From: Alphaproteobacteria bacterium
Lineage (GTDB): Bacteria; Pseudomonadota; Alphaproteobacteria; UBA9655
Direction: 5' to 3'
DNA: 64,000 bases
NCBI GenBank assembly: GCA_013287205.1
Contig: JABDEE010000001.1
Location: 4,882 to 68,881, forward strand
Below the pieces are notes generated by a model. That model made no database searches and had not been told where the DNA came from. It was given only the letters and a program-made list of their open reading frames with translations. Made by a program: the position numbers and the translations under genes. This document shows, piece by piece, positions 37,706 to 47,379 of this stretch. The number at the start of each line of letters is the position of its first letter. Position 1 is the stretch's first letter.

Positions 37706-38695
37706 ATGATAGATTTAAAAAAAGAAGGCATCCCAAGGGTTGCCGTTATTGGGTGTGGCGCCTGGGGACGCAACCTCATTCGCAATTTTTCAGAACTCGG
37801 TGCGCTTGCGGCTGTGTGCGATGAGGATGGGGCAAGGGCCGTTGCACTTGCGTCTCAATTCGGCGTGTCCGCTCTCTCAGAGGATCAGATTATTCATGAC
37901 CCCGCGATTGATGCGGTTGTCTTTGCGACCCATGCGCCGGCTCATGCTCCTCAAGCCGAGCGAGCTCTGAAAGCCGGCAAGCACGTCTATCTTGAGAAAC
38001 CGATGGTGCTTTCTGTAGCAGATGCTGAAAACCTTTGTGCCCTCGCAAAAGCCCAGGAACGGATCCTGATGGTGGGCCATATTCTCCACTATCATCCTGC
38101 TTTTATTGCGCTTAAAGAGCATCTCCCTGCGCTTGGCCCTCTCAAACATATTTATGCCAACCGCCTTGGACTTGGACGGTTTCGTCACCACGAAAACGTG
38201 TTTTGGGATCTGTCCAGTCATGATATTTCCCTCATTCTTTCTCTGACAAAAGAGAGGCCTCTCTCTGTCGAAGCTCAGGGCCAAGCCTATATCGCCACCG
38301 ATAAACCTGCGAGCGCGTTGATGACACTTACTTTTTCGAATCATCTTACAGCGCACCTTCACGCATCGTGGCTTTCTCCTTTTAAGGAACAAAAATTTGT
38401 TGTGATCGGAGACTATGGCATTGCTGTCTTTGATGATTGTAAGCCTTGGGCAGAAAAGCTCCATATTTCAACCCAATGCTTGACGTGGAAAGGGGACCTC
38501 CCGCACGCCAATGATGATTTCCAAACCCGTGCGATTGTGCTTGACGCCGGTGAGCCTCTCAAAAATGAGTGCCTCCATTTCCTCGCTTGTATTGAAAATG
38601 GGGAGACGCCTTTGACCTCCGGTGAGGAAGGGTTAGGGGTTACAGATGTTCTCGAAAGAGCCGAAAAAGCCTTATGTTTGAGGAGGGCCTCATGA
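37706..38695 (+). CDS. Gfo/Idh/MocA-family NAD(P)-dependent oxidoreductase
   Basis: VAVIGCGAWG Rossmann motif and EKP motif. 329 aa from the ATG at 37706. Confidence 0.8.
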   Translation: MIDLKKEGIPRVAVIGCGAWGRNLIRNFSELGALAAVCDEDGARAVALASQFGVSALSEDQIIHDPAIDAVVFATHAPAHAPQAERALKAGKHVYLEKPMVLSVADAENLCALAKAQERILMVGHILHYHPAFIALKEHLPALGPLKHIYANRLGLGRFRHHENVFWDLSSHDISLILSLTKERPLSVEAQGQAYIATDKPASALMTLTFSNHLTAHLHASWLSPFKEQKFVVIGDYGIAVFDDCKPWAEKLHISTQCLTWKGDLPHANDDFQTRAIVLDAGEPLKNECLHFLACIENGETPLTSGEEGLGVTDVLERAEKALCLRRAS

Positions 38696-39828
38696 TCCCC
38701 TTTATCGACCTTGCCGCACAGCAAAAGCGGATTCGTCCCCAAATTGAGGCCGCCATGCTGCGCGTTCTTGACCATGGGGGCTATATTATGGGGCCTGAGG
38801 TGCAGGCTCTTGAGGATCAGCTCTCTGCTTTTTGTGGGGCCCCCCATACCTTGAGTTGTGCAAATGGGACAGATGCCCTTGCCCTGATCCTTATGGCGAA
38901 ACAGGTAGGACCGGGGGATGCTGTTTTTGTGCCCTCCTTTACTTTTGCAGCCACCGCTGAAGTTGTCGCCTGGATGGGGGCAACTGTTGTCTTTATTGAC
39001 GTTCTCCCCGATACGTTCAATATGGATCCAGCCAGTCTTGAGGCAGGGGTCCAGAAAGCGAAAAAATTAGGTTTGCGTCCCTCTGGCGTCATCCCGGTGG
39101 ATTTGTTTGGACAACCGGCTGATTATGATGCAATTGCGTCTCTGGCTCAAGCCCACGGCCTCTGGGTGATGGCTGATGCCGCCCAAAGCTTTGGTGGAAC
39201 TTACAAGGGACGAAAAGTGGGCACCCTCGCTGAATCGACAACAACAAGTTTTTTTCCTGCAAAACCTTTGGGATGTTATGGAGATGGGGGCGCTGTTTTC
39301 ACAGAAAGCAACGATCTTTTTGAAGTCCTCAAATCCCTTCGTGTCCACGGACAATGTGCAGATGGGGATAAATACAAAAATATCCGCATTGGGATGAATG
39401 GGCGTTTGGATACCTTGCAAGCAGCCATTTTAATTGAAAAACTGGAGATTTTTCCTGGTGAGATTATCATGCGACAGTCCATTGCAGATCGTTATACGAA
39501 AGGGCTTCAGGACGTTGCGACCGTTCCTTTTGTCCGAAAGGACTGCCAATCGACCTGGGCGATCTATACCCTTAAAGTGGATCCGTTGAAGAGGGTGGCC
39601 ATTATGGAAGGGCTGAAGGAAAAAGGAGTTCCCTCCGTTATTTACTACCCCCTTCCTCTCCATCGCCAAGAAGCCTACTGCGCTTACCCTTGTGCGACCG
39701 ACTCCCTTCCTGTGAGTGAGGCCCTTTCCCAGACCGTGTTGAGCCTTCCCATGCATCCGTATTTAGAACCAGAAACTCAAGATTTCATCATTCAGACTTT
39801 TCGGGATGTCGTGAAGCAGATTGGGTAG
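38692..39828 (+). CDS. DegT/DnrJ/EryC1/StrS-family PLP aminotransferase
   Basis: IPFIDL...NGTDAL...SFFPAKPLG (PLP Lys). ATGA overlap with the upstream oxidoreductase gene. Confidence 0.88.
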   Translation: MIPFIDLAAQQKRIRPQIEAAMLRVLDHGGYIMGPEVQALEDQLSAFCGAPHTLSCANGTDALALILMAKQVGPGDAVFVPSFTFAATAEVVAWMGATVVFIDVLPDTFNMDPASLEAGVQKAKKLGLRPSGVIPVDLFGQPADYDAIASLAQAHGLWVMADAAQSFGGTYKGRKVGTLAESTTTSFFPAKPLGCYGDGGAVFTESNDLFEVLKSLRVHGQCADGDKYKNIRIGMNGRLDTLQAAILIEKLEIFPGEIIMRQSIADRYTKGLQDVATVPFVRKDCQSTWAIYTLKVDPLKRVAIMEGLKEKGVPSVIYYPLPLHRQEAYCAYPCATDSLPVSEALSQTVLSLPMHPYLEPETQDFIIQTFRDVVKQIG

Positions 39829-39933
39829 ACGTGCTATCAAATAACTATTCTGAAAATTTGACTCCCCAAAAAATTTCCGTATAATGGGGGCAGCAAACAA
39901 GGGGAGGATTGTATCTTGGAAAAAATTGAACCT

Positions 39934-40773
39934 ATGGGTACCCGTTATTTAGATCCAACAAATGATGTTGCTTTTAAGCGGCTCTTTAGCGATAAACCGC
40001 GTCTCAAAGATTTTCTGAATGCGATTTTTCCTGCAGACTGGGCGCCGATTGCTGATCTTGACTTTATTCCCCTTGAAGAAATGCCTGCCGTTTTTTTGGG
40101 GCGCCGGAGTGTTTTTGATCTCAGATGTACGGATGAGACGGGGAAAGTCTACATTGTTGAAATGCAAAATCGCTCCCAAGATGCCTTTTTAAATCGCATC
40201 CAATGTTATGCGTCTCATGCCTATGTTGCTCAAGCCGTTAAGGGAGGGGATCATAGGAACCTCATGCCGGTGATCGTGCTCTCCCTTACCTCCGACAAAC
40301 TTTTTGAGGACGATGTCCCATGCGTGAGTTACCATTGGGATGTGGAACAAACGACGAAGAAGCGCCTTTTGATGGCGATTTCCTATATTTTTGTGGAGCT
40401 TCCCAAATTTAAAAAGACAGAAGCAGAACTCCAGGATATTCGGGACGAATGGCTCTATTTCTTTGCCAATTGGGAACATCTGAAAGCCCCGCCCGAGGAT
40501 CTCAAAGACCCGCTCGTTTTAAGCGCTTACGAGACCATGGAACAATTTAATTGGACCCCGGGGCAATATGATGCCTACTTCAGAATGCGCCTCGCCATAG
40601 AAGCTGACCAGCATGAGATCGAGAGGTCTGAGGAGAAAGGAAGGGCAGAAGGAAGAGTGGAAGAAAAAAAAGAAATTGCTCACAATCTACTTGCAAGAGG
40701 TATGAATCCTGAGGAAATTGCGCGTGTGACCAATCTCCCAGTGGAAGAAATTCGGAAATTTCAGGAGGTTTAA
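39934..40773 (+). CDS. Rpn-family recombination-promoting nuclease / putative transposase (PD-(D/E)XK)
   Basis: LDPTNDVAFKRLF...VYIVEMQ motifs. C-terminal helical EKGRAEGRVEEKKEIA region. Confidence 0.75.
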   Translation: MGTRYLDPTNDVAFKRLFSDKPRLKDFLNAIFPADWAPIADLDFIPLEEMPAVFLGRRSVFDLRCTDETGKVYIVEMQNRSQDAFLNRIQCYASHAYVAQAVKGGDHRNLMPVIVLSLTSDKLFEDDVPCVSYHWDVEQTTKKRLLMAISYIFVELPKFKKTEAELQDIRDEWLYFFANWEHLKAPPEDLKDPLVLSAYETMEQFNWTPGQYDAYFRMRLAIEADQHEIERSEEKGRAEGRVEEKKEIAHNLLARGMNPEEIARVTNLPVEEIRKFQEV

Positions 40774-40866
40774 TCATGAGTGTCCATTTTTTCTGATTAA
40801 ACCCTAGACAGCCCCGCCCTATTTGTGGGACATACAATTCTTAGCTTCCTAAATTTCATAACGTAT

Positions 40867-42084
40867 ATGACATCTAAAAAACATTCGATTCCTTACAGCA
40901 TTTGGGCCCTTGGCGCCGCCTCTCTTCTGCTGAATTCCTCCTCTGTTATTGTGTTCAGCCTCAGCCCCTTATTCGCCAAGAACGTACTTGGAATCAGTGT
41001 CGCCATTGTCGGAATACTGGAGGGGTCGATTGAATTCCTCTCCTTCTTCACCCGCATTTTTTCAGGTACGTTGAGCGATTTCCTGAAAAAAAGGAAAGGG
41101 ATTATTGCGTTTGGGTATGGCCTCTGCTTTTTGTCGCGTCCTCTTCTCGCTATGGCAACAACCATAGGCAGTGTCCTCATTGCAAGATGTTTTGACCGAG
41201 TCGGAAACGGACTTATTGCTCCCCCGCGCGATGCCCTTATTGGCGACCTTTCCCCTCCTGAAATCAAGGGGGCCAGCTATGGTCTCAGGGAATCCTTGTC
41301 CAGAGCGGGCGCTTTTCTTGGATCTCTCGTCGCCATGTACCTTTTGTGGGTCACAGCCCTCAATTACGCGCTTGTTTTCTGGATTGCAGCGGTTCCCACA
41401 GCTCTTGCCTTGTTGACTCTTGTGATGTTTGTTAAAGATCCGACAAAGAGTTCTCAAAAAGCGCCAGAAACTGTCGTTCCGTATACAAAAAAGGAACGCA
41501 TTCAAAAGATATGCACAGAAATTCTGCACCTTCCCTCCGCCTTTTGGCTGATTGTCTTTTTAAGCGGTGTTTTTATGTTTTCCAGTTTTTCTGGCGCTTT
41601 TTTATTTTACAGAGCTGAACAAATGGGGGTCTCCGCCCACTTGTCTCCCCTTGTCATGGTTATTCAAAATATTGGAACCGTAGCCAGCGCCTACCCCATT
41701 GGGTATCTCTCGGATCGGATCGGAAGACGCTCTCTCTTGGGTCTTGGCATTCTATGTGTGATTGCCTCCAATATCCTTTTGTCCCTTGATGGGTCTATCG
41801 CTCTCTTTTTCTTTGGCATCCTTCTGTGGGGAGTTGAGATCGGCATCACGATCAGCATCCTTTCTGTCTTACTTGCAGATGCGTGCCCTGGCCGCTTACG
41901 CGGGACAGGGTTCGGACTCTTTCACTTCGTCAATGGAATCTGCCTTTTTCTGACGAACTGGTTGGCAGGTTGGATCTGGGAGAATTTGGGATCTGCCTTT
42001 TTATTCTATGAAAGCGCTGCCTTTGCGGCTCTTTCTGGCGTGGTTCTCCTCTTTGTGAAACCTTCTCGGCCGTCACACAGTTAA
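40867..42084 (+). CDS. MFS transporter
   Basis: About 12 predicted TM segments with DRVGNG-like and DRIGRR loop motifs. Confidence 0.8.
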   Translation: MTSKKHSIPYSIWALGAASLLLNSSSVIVFSLSPLFAKNVLGISVAIVGILEGSIEFLSFFTRIFSGTLSDFLKKRKGIIAFGYGLCFLSRPLLAMATTIGSVLIARCFDRVGNGLIAPPRDALIGDLSPPEIKGASYGLRESLSRAGAFLGSLVAMYLLWVTALNYALVFWIAAVPTALALLTLVMFVKDPTKSSQKAPETVVPYTKKERIQKICTEILHLPSAFWLIVFLSGVFMFSSFSGAFLFYRAEQMGVSAHLSPLVMVIQNIGTVASAYPIGYLSDRIGRRSLLGLGILCVIASNILLSLDGSIALFFFGILLWGVEIGITISILSVLLADACPGRLRGTGFGLFHFVNGICLFLTNWLAGWIWENLGSAFLFYESAAFAALSGVVLLFVKPSRPSHS

Positions 42085-42726
42085 TCTTGCGAGAAGCGCC
42101 TGGTGAAGGGCGATTTCTTCATCGGTTGGGGCAAAGGACCGGGGCTCCCTTACTTTTCGCTGAAGGGCATCCTCTCCTTTGTTAAGAGACGCAAAATTTA
42201 AAACGAGTTCTCTTTGTTTGCCCCCTAAAAGCTCGATATAAACCTGCGCGAGTAACTCAGCATCAATAAGGGCGCCATGCTTGTCACGCGCCTTATTGTC
42301 AATGCCAAAGCGTTTGCACAAAGCATCTAAGCTCGCTGGAGATCCGGGGAATTTTTTCCGCGCAATGGCAAGGGTGTCAATGGCTCTGTGGAAGGGGATC
42401 TCTAGGCGGCCATCTTTTTTGAGCTCTGCGTTAAGAAACTTCATGTCAAATTTTGCGTTGTGAATGACCAGAGGCTCTTCCTGAATAAATTCCAGGAAAA
42501 GAGAACTCACTTCGGGAAAAGTAGGATGAGCTTTTAAAAAATCATAGGAAAGCCCATGGACGTTGTAGGCCCCTTCGGGAACCTCCCGTTCTGGGTTGAT
42601 GTAGGTGTGAAACACGCGGCCTGTGGGGACTTGGTTGATCAGTTCAAGGCATCCAATTTCAACAAGGCGGTCCCCCGTTGAGGGATCAAAGCCTGTTGTT
42701 TCCGTATCTAAAACGATTTCTCTCAT
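42073..42726 (-). CDS. dnaQ: DNA polymerase III subunit epsilon
   Basis: Exo motifs DTETTG, HNAKFD and HGALIDAELL. ATGA overlap with coaE. Confidence 0.93.
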   Translation of the reverse strand: MREIVLDTETTGFDPSTGDRLVEIGCLELINQVPTGRVFHTYINPEREVPEGAYNVHGLSYDFLKAHPTFPEVSSLFLEFIQEEPLVIHNAKFDMKFLNAELKKDGRLEIPFHRAIDTLAIARKKFPGSPASLDALCKRFGIDNKARDKHGALIDAELLAQVYIELLGGKQRELVLNFASLNKGEDALQRKVREPRSFAPTDEEIALHQALLARLTV

Positions 42727-43358
42727 CACATATGTCTCGCTAATGTCTGGGGCCACTCCCCCGACCAGGCAGGGGATTTTTCTTTCGAAAAGGTTTCAAA
42801 AACCTTTTCTAGCTCTCTTAAGGAATTGGGTCCAGTTGAAATCACCGTATGCGCCAGAGGAAGTCGCGCCTCATCAAGCATGCGATGGGTTTCAAAGAAC
42901 TCAAATTTTTCTTTACTCATTCCTGGACGGCTAAGAACCCTCTCTTCTCGTAAAGATCGAGGGGCTGTTGCAAGAATAACCGAATGACAGTAGGGAGCCA
43001 ATCCAACCTCGAACAATAAAGGAACGTCTAGAACCACAAGGGAAGCCCTTTGCTTATTTTGATCCTCTAAAAACTGCTTCTGAAGAGGTGCGAGCTTCGG
43101 ATAGAGGATGCCTTCAAGGGTGGAAAGGGCTCCGGGTGAAGAAAACATCACCTCCCCTAACAAAGCACGCTCTATTTTCCCGTGAACAATAGACTCAGGC
43201 CAGAACTCTTGAATCTTTTTGAAAACATCTTTATCGGTTGCAAGAAGCGCATGGATGGCTTTGTCCGCGCAATGGACGGGAATCCCCAAACCCTGACAAT
43301 GTCTTGAGAGGGTCGTTTTTCCGGCTCCAAGAGCGCCTGTGAGTCCGATGATCCACAT
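42726..43358 (-). CDS. coaE: dephospho-CoA kinase
   Basis: IGLTGxxGAGKT P-loop. 210 aa. Confidence 0.9.
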   Translation of the reverse strand: MWIIGLTGALGAGKTTLSRHCQGLGIPVHCADKAIHALLATDKDVFKKIQEFWPESIVHGKIERALLGEVMFSSPGALSTLEGILYPKLAPLQKQFLEDQNKQRASLVVLDVPLLFEVGLAPYCHSVILATAPRSLREERVLSRPGMSKEKFEFFETHRMLDEARLPLAHTVISTGPNSLRELEKVFETFSKEKSPAWSGEWPQTLARHM

Positions 43359-43419
43359 TTCAGGGGTCAGGAGGTAGGAAAGCAGAAGGCGGGACTCACT
43401 TCTATGTCATTCCCAAATA

Positions 43420-43705
43420 TTCCTTCATAAGGATGTGGATAAGATAAGCGTATCTTGTGGATAAAATGGGAATAAACCAATAGCGCGCCTCCTTCTGTGG
43501 ATAAACGTAAGATATCAGACAATTCATCCCACGGGAAATAAAGTTTTAGCTCCTCTGTGGATGAGTAAGAGATTATTCTGCTATACCTAAGGATCAGAAA
43601 ATGTATAACCTTGTGGATAATTCAGAGATAAACACTTATCCCCATAATGCACTGGGCCAACGACAACTACAAAATTATATAAATATATAAGATAAGAAAG
43701 GGACC
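43420..43705. other. putative chromosomal replication origin (oriC)
   Basis: Four perfect TGTGGATAA DnaA boxes (43434, 43456, 43496, 43612). One-mismatch boxes at 43556 (TGTGGATGA) and 43636 (TTATCCCCA). AT-rich stretch at 43665-43700. Lies directly upstream of hemE with divergent gene orientation. Confidence 0.75.
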
Positions 43706-43713
43706 TTCGGGAT

Positions 43714-44733
43714 ATGTCCAAGTTTTTAGATCTTTTTCAGGGAAGACAGTCGTCTTCTCCGCCCATCTGGTTCATGCGACAAGCCGGTCGATCTCTCCCA
43801 GAGTATCGCGAGGTTCGAAAGCAATATCCCAATTTCTTAGATCTTTGTTATACCCCAGAGCTTACCGCTCAGGTGACCCTGCAGCCTGTTGAACGGTTTG
43901 GCTTAGATGCGGCCATCCTTTTCTCAGATATCCTTGTTGTTCCGCAAGCGCTTGGGCTGGAGCTGTCTTTTGAAGAGGGAGCGGGACCGAAGCTCTCTCC
44001 TCTTTTCCTCTCTTCGTTGGATGGTGCGGTTTCCGACGATGGTTTTTCAGAAACGCTGGCGCCTATTTACGAAGCCATTCGGTTAATAAAGGAAAAGCGC
44101 CCCTTTCTTCCCCTTATCGGGTTCGCAGGAGCACCCTGGACCCTGGCCCTTTATATGCTGGAGGGGCAAGGGAGCCGAGATTTCGCCAACGCCAAAACCC
44201 AAGCATTTCAGAATGAAGAAAGGTTTGAGGACCTCTTAGAGGTTCTTGTCTTTGCTTCTGCATTGCATCTCATTGAGCAAGTCAAGGCTGGTGCTGATGT
44301 TGTTCAGCTTTTTGATACTTGGGCCGGACTCTGTCCTGCCACTCACTTTGAGAGGTGGATCGTGGAGCCTCACAGGGCCATTGTGCGCGTGTTGCGAAGA
44401 GAATTTCCTGATCTTCCTATCATTGGTTTCCCCAAAGGGATCGGAGCGAACCTTGTCATCTATGCTCATGAAGTTGGTGTGTCAGCTTTAAGCCTTGATG
44501 CGGGGGTGCCGCTTCCTTGGGTGGTCGAATTTCCCAAGAAATTGATCTTTCAGGGAAATCTGGATCCTCTTCTTCTGGTTGCAGGAGGAGATTCCCTCAA
44601 ACAGGCGATTCAAATGATTCATGAAGACATGGAGGGCAGGCCTTACATTTTCAATCTGGGCCATGGGGTCCTTCCCCAAACCCCTCTTCAGAACATTGAG
44701 GACTGTGTGAAATGGGTGCGGGCTTTGGCGTGA
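43714..44733 (+). CDS. hemE: uroporphyrinogen decarboxylase
   Basis: PIWFMRQAGR...FSDILV motifs. 339 aa. Confidence 0.95.
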   Translation: MSKFLDLFQGRQSSSPPIWFMRQAGRSLPEYREVRKQYPNFLDLCYTPELTAQVTLQPVERFGLDAAILFSDILVVPQALGLELSFEEGAGPKLSPLFLSSLDGAVSDDGFSETLAPIYEAIRLIKEKRPFLPLIGFAGAPWTLALYMLEGQGSRDFANAKTQAFQNEERFEDLLEVLVFASALHLIEQVKAGADVVQLFDTWAGLCPATHFERWIVEPHRAIVRVLRREFPDLPIIGFPKGIGANLVIYAHEVGVSALSLDAGVPLPWVVEFPKKLIFQGNLDPLLLVAGGDSLKQAIQMIHEDMEGRPYIFNLGHGVLPQTPLQNIEDCVKWVRALA

Positions 44734-45818
44734 AAAAGACTGCTGTTGTTCTCCTCAACTTAGGAGGTCCTCTTTCCCCCGAAGGTGTCTATCCTTTTCT
44801 CTTTAGCCTCTTTTACGATCCGTTGATTCTCACGCTTCCGAATCCTTTTCGGTATCTGCTCGCAAAGCTTATTGCGCGCGTGCGCCTTCCCAAAGCGCGA
44901 GCGATTTATGCTGTGTTGGGGGGGGCGTCTCCTCTTCTTGAAAACACGCAAGCCCAGGCAATGGCTTTGGAAAAGGAGTTGGGGACGGGATATCGTGTCT
45001 TTGTGGCCATGCGTCATGCCCCGCCTGTTTCACGTGAAACAGTTGCGAAGGTGAGGGCGTATAACCCAGATCAAGTTGTCCTCCTTCCTCTCTATCCTCA
45101 GTATTCGACCACCACCACAGAATCGTCTTTGCGAGCATGGAAGGAGGCCGCGAAGGGGTGGGAGGTGCCAACACACGTGATCGAGTCCTACCCCGCCCAG
45201 GAGGGGTTCCTAGAGGCCATGAAGGAGCTGATTGGTGAGCAGGTGGAAAATCCCAGCATCCTTTTTGTGGCCCATGGATTACCAGAGAAAACAATTAAAA
45301 GGGGAGATCCTTATCAGGCACAGGTGGAGGAGACGGCGAGGGCGCTGGAGAGGAAGCTTCTAAACAACTGGAATCAAACAGGGTGTCATCCCCGCGCAGG
45401 CGGGGACCCAGACTTGAATTCTTTTTGTGCAACACAAAAAGAATGTGTTGAGAGTAAAGAAAAACTGTCAGGTCTGGGTCCCCGCCTGCGCGGGGATGAC
45501 ACTGATGCTTTGGTAACCGGTCATCAATTCCTGATGACTATTTGTTACCAAAGCCGTGTGGGTCCTCTCAAGTGGATCGGCCCCTCTCTGGAGGAAGAAA
45601 TTTTAAAGACCGCTGCCGAAAAACGCCCCCTTGTGGTTGTTCCGATTTCTTTTGTTTCTGAGCATTCGGAAACGTTGGTGGAGCTTGATGTGATGATGCG
45701 GGATCTCGCCTTAAGCCACGGGTGCCCTTCCTATATCCGGATTTCGACTGTTCAGACCCACCCCTTGTTTATCAAGGGGTTGGCTTCTCTTGTTGTCACC
45801 TCTATAAAGGCCTTATGA
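44712..45818 (+). CDS. hemH: ferrochelatase carrying a 40-codon in-frame repeat-element insertion
   Basis: LLNLGGP...HGLPEK...YQSRVGPLKW...SEHSETLVELD motifs. Residues CHPRAGGDPDL...GPRLRGDDT are encoded by element copy J. An alternative GTG start lies at 44730. Confidence 0.9.
   Translation: MGAGFGVKKTAVVLLNLGGPLSPEGVYPFLFSLFYDPLILTLPNPFRYLLAKLIARVRLPKARAIYAVLGGASPLLENTQAQAMALEKELGTGYRVFVAMRHAPPVSRETVAKVRAYNPDQVVLLPLYPQYSTTTTESSLRAWKEAAKGWEVPTHVIESYPAQEGFLEAMKELIGEQVENPSILFVAHGLPEKTIKRGDPYQAQVEETARALERKLLNNWNQTGCHPRAGGDPDLNSFCATQKECVESKEKLSGLGPRLRGDDTDALVTGHQFLMTICYQSRVGPLKWIGPSLEEEILKTAAEKRPLVVVPISFVSEHSETLVELDVMMRDLALSHGCPSYIRISTVQTHPLFIKGLASLVVTSIKAL
45383..45502. repeat. palindromic-element family, copy J (120 bp) inside the hemH coding sequence
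   Basis: GTGTCATCCCCGCGCAGGCGGGGACCCAGACTTGAA...GGTCTGGGTCCCCGCCTGCGCGGGGATGACAC. Length is a multiple of 3 with no stop in the hemH frame. Confidence 0.92.
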
Positions 45819-46261
45819 TGCTCTCCTCCTACATCCCCCATCTCCTCGCTCTTCATCTCTTGGCTGTCATTGCGTGGATGGCGGGGCTTTTGTACTTGCC
45901 GCGCCTCTTTATTTATCATCTGGAATTTGAGCCAGGGGAAAAGGCCTACCAAGTCTTTTGCACCATGGAGCGGCGTTTGCTAAAAATCATCATGTTGCCA
46001 GCGATCCTTCTCACCTTTCTCTTTGGTGGTCTCCTTGCGTTTGCGACCCACGCCTGGGTGTCACCGTGGTTTCATGGGAAGCTTTTTCTCGTTTTGTTGC
46101 TGGCCGCCTTTCATGGATATCTCTCTCGTATTTACAAAGGGTATCTCGCAGGGAAGCGGCCCTCTCTCTCTCGGAAGGCCCTTGTGATTCTGAATGAGAT
46201 CCCTTTTTTATTGGCGATTCTCATTGTGTTTTTGGCGGTGTTGAAGCCTTCTCATCTTTGA
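45815..46261 (+). CDS. hemJ: protoporphyrinogen IX oxidase HemJ (UPF0093)
   Basis: WMAGLLYLPRLFIYH...MERRLLKIIMxPA...HGKLxLV motifs. ATGA overlap with hemH. Confidence 0.85.
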   Translation: MMLSSYIPHLLALHLLAVIAWMAGLLYLPRLFIYHLEFEPGEKAYQVFCTMERRLLKIIMLPAILLTFLFGGLLAFATHAWVSPWFHGKLFLVLLLAAFHGYLSRIYKGYLAGKRPSLSRKALVILNEIPFLLAILIVFLAVLKPSHL

Positions 46262-46325
46262 ACTTCATCTTGACAGAGATGGATTTCACCCTGAGTGTTA
46301 TGCAGAATTTTTAAGGAGAAAGAAA

Positions 46326-47345
46326 ATGACCGTCACCTGGAAAACCTTTTTAATAACTGCATCTCTGGCCCTGATATTTTCTGCATCCGTTAAGGCAGCG
46401 GATTCAGATGCCTCCTCCATCCCTCAAAAGTCTATTGCCATAAAAAAAGAAGATGTCCTACAGGGGGAAGGGGACAGGGGGCCTTCCTCGGAAGAAGACA
46501 GACGTGTCGTAGCCCCTCCAGGAGCTGATTCTTTCGAAGAAAAATCAGTGGTGTTGGAATTCTTGCAAACGCATGTTGATAAGGAAGCAAACGAAGAAAA
46601 TATAAAAAATATTTCTGAACTGAGTTTTTCACTCGATTCAGAATCTTTGAACGATGAAGAAGCAAAACAACTCGGATTGATCTTGGGCTCAGGCATCCTT
46701 CCGGTTAAAAATTTGGATTTAGAGTACTCGGGCATAAGCGAAAAAGGGATGGTGTCCATATGGGAAGGTGTAGAAAGAGGAAAGTCCCCTTCAACTCTCA
46801 CCAGTTTGTCATTGAGTATGTTTGAGAAGCAAGAAGGAACGATTGCGGCTTTGTGTAAGACGATGAGATCTGGGAATCTCTCTTTTCTTCAAATTTTGGA
46901 TTTGAGGGAAACACACATGGGAAATAAAGGGGCAATGGATCTGGCGCACGTATTTACATTAAAAAAACTTCAAGCTCTAATATGTTTATCCCTGGGAGAA
47001 ATAGACGATGGAGGGGACAAGATAGAATTTGCAGGAGCACAGGCTATAGGGAAAGCTTTAGAGTTAAGCAAACCCTCATTTCTTGAAGAGTTTACGTTTT
47101 ATGGCGGAAATATATTGGGTAAAGGCCTAATGTTACTACATGAAACAGTAAATGTAATTCCGTCTTTGAAATATTTTGACCTAGGCAAGACACGTGTAAC
47201 AAATAATATGGTTTGGGATATTTTCCGAACAAAGATGGAGCGACTTGGGTGGAAGAGAAGTGACAATCTAGAGATCTGGAAAAAAAAGGAAGATAAAGAA
47301 CAAGTTTCCTCCCCTTGTGAGGGGAACGCTGATAGCTTAGAGTAA
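46326..47345 (+). CDS. secreted leucine-rich-repeat protein (ribonuclease-inhibitor / RNI-like LRR type)
   Basis: Signal peptide. Repeats of about 28 aa (LxxLDLxxxxIxxxGxxxLxxxL), for example [24 protein letters not shown]+T-rich gene. Confidence 0.7.
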   Translation: MTVTWKTFLITASLALIFSASVKAADSDASSIPQKSIAIKKEDVLQGEGDRGPSSEEDRRVVAPPGADSFEEKSVVLEFLQTHVDKEANEENIKNISELSFSLDSESLNDEEAKQLGLILGSGILPVKNLDLEYSGISEKGMVSIWEGVERGKSPSTLTSLSLSMFEKQEGTIAALCKTMRSGNLSFLQILDLRETHMGNKGAMDLAHVFTLKKLQALICLSLGEIDDGGDKIEFAGAQAIGKALELSKPSFLEEFTFYGGNILGKGLMLLHETVNVIPSLKYFDLGKTRVTNNMVWDIFRTKMERLGWKRSDNLEIWKKKEDKEQVSSPCEGNADSLE

Positions 47346-47379
47346 ACCATCGTTTCTCTCTTTTTTGGATGTATCGCCC

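Noticed and set aside
43360-43713. CtrA-binding sites (TTAA-N7-TTAA) in the putative origin
   Set aside because: No TTAA-N7-TTAA motif is present in the interval, so I make no claim of CtrA control.
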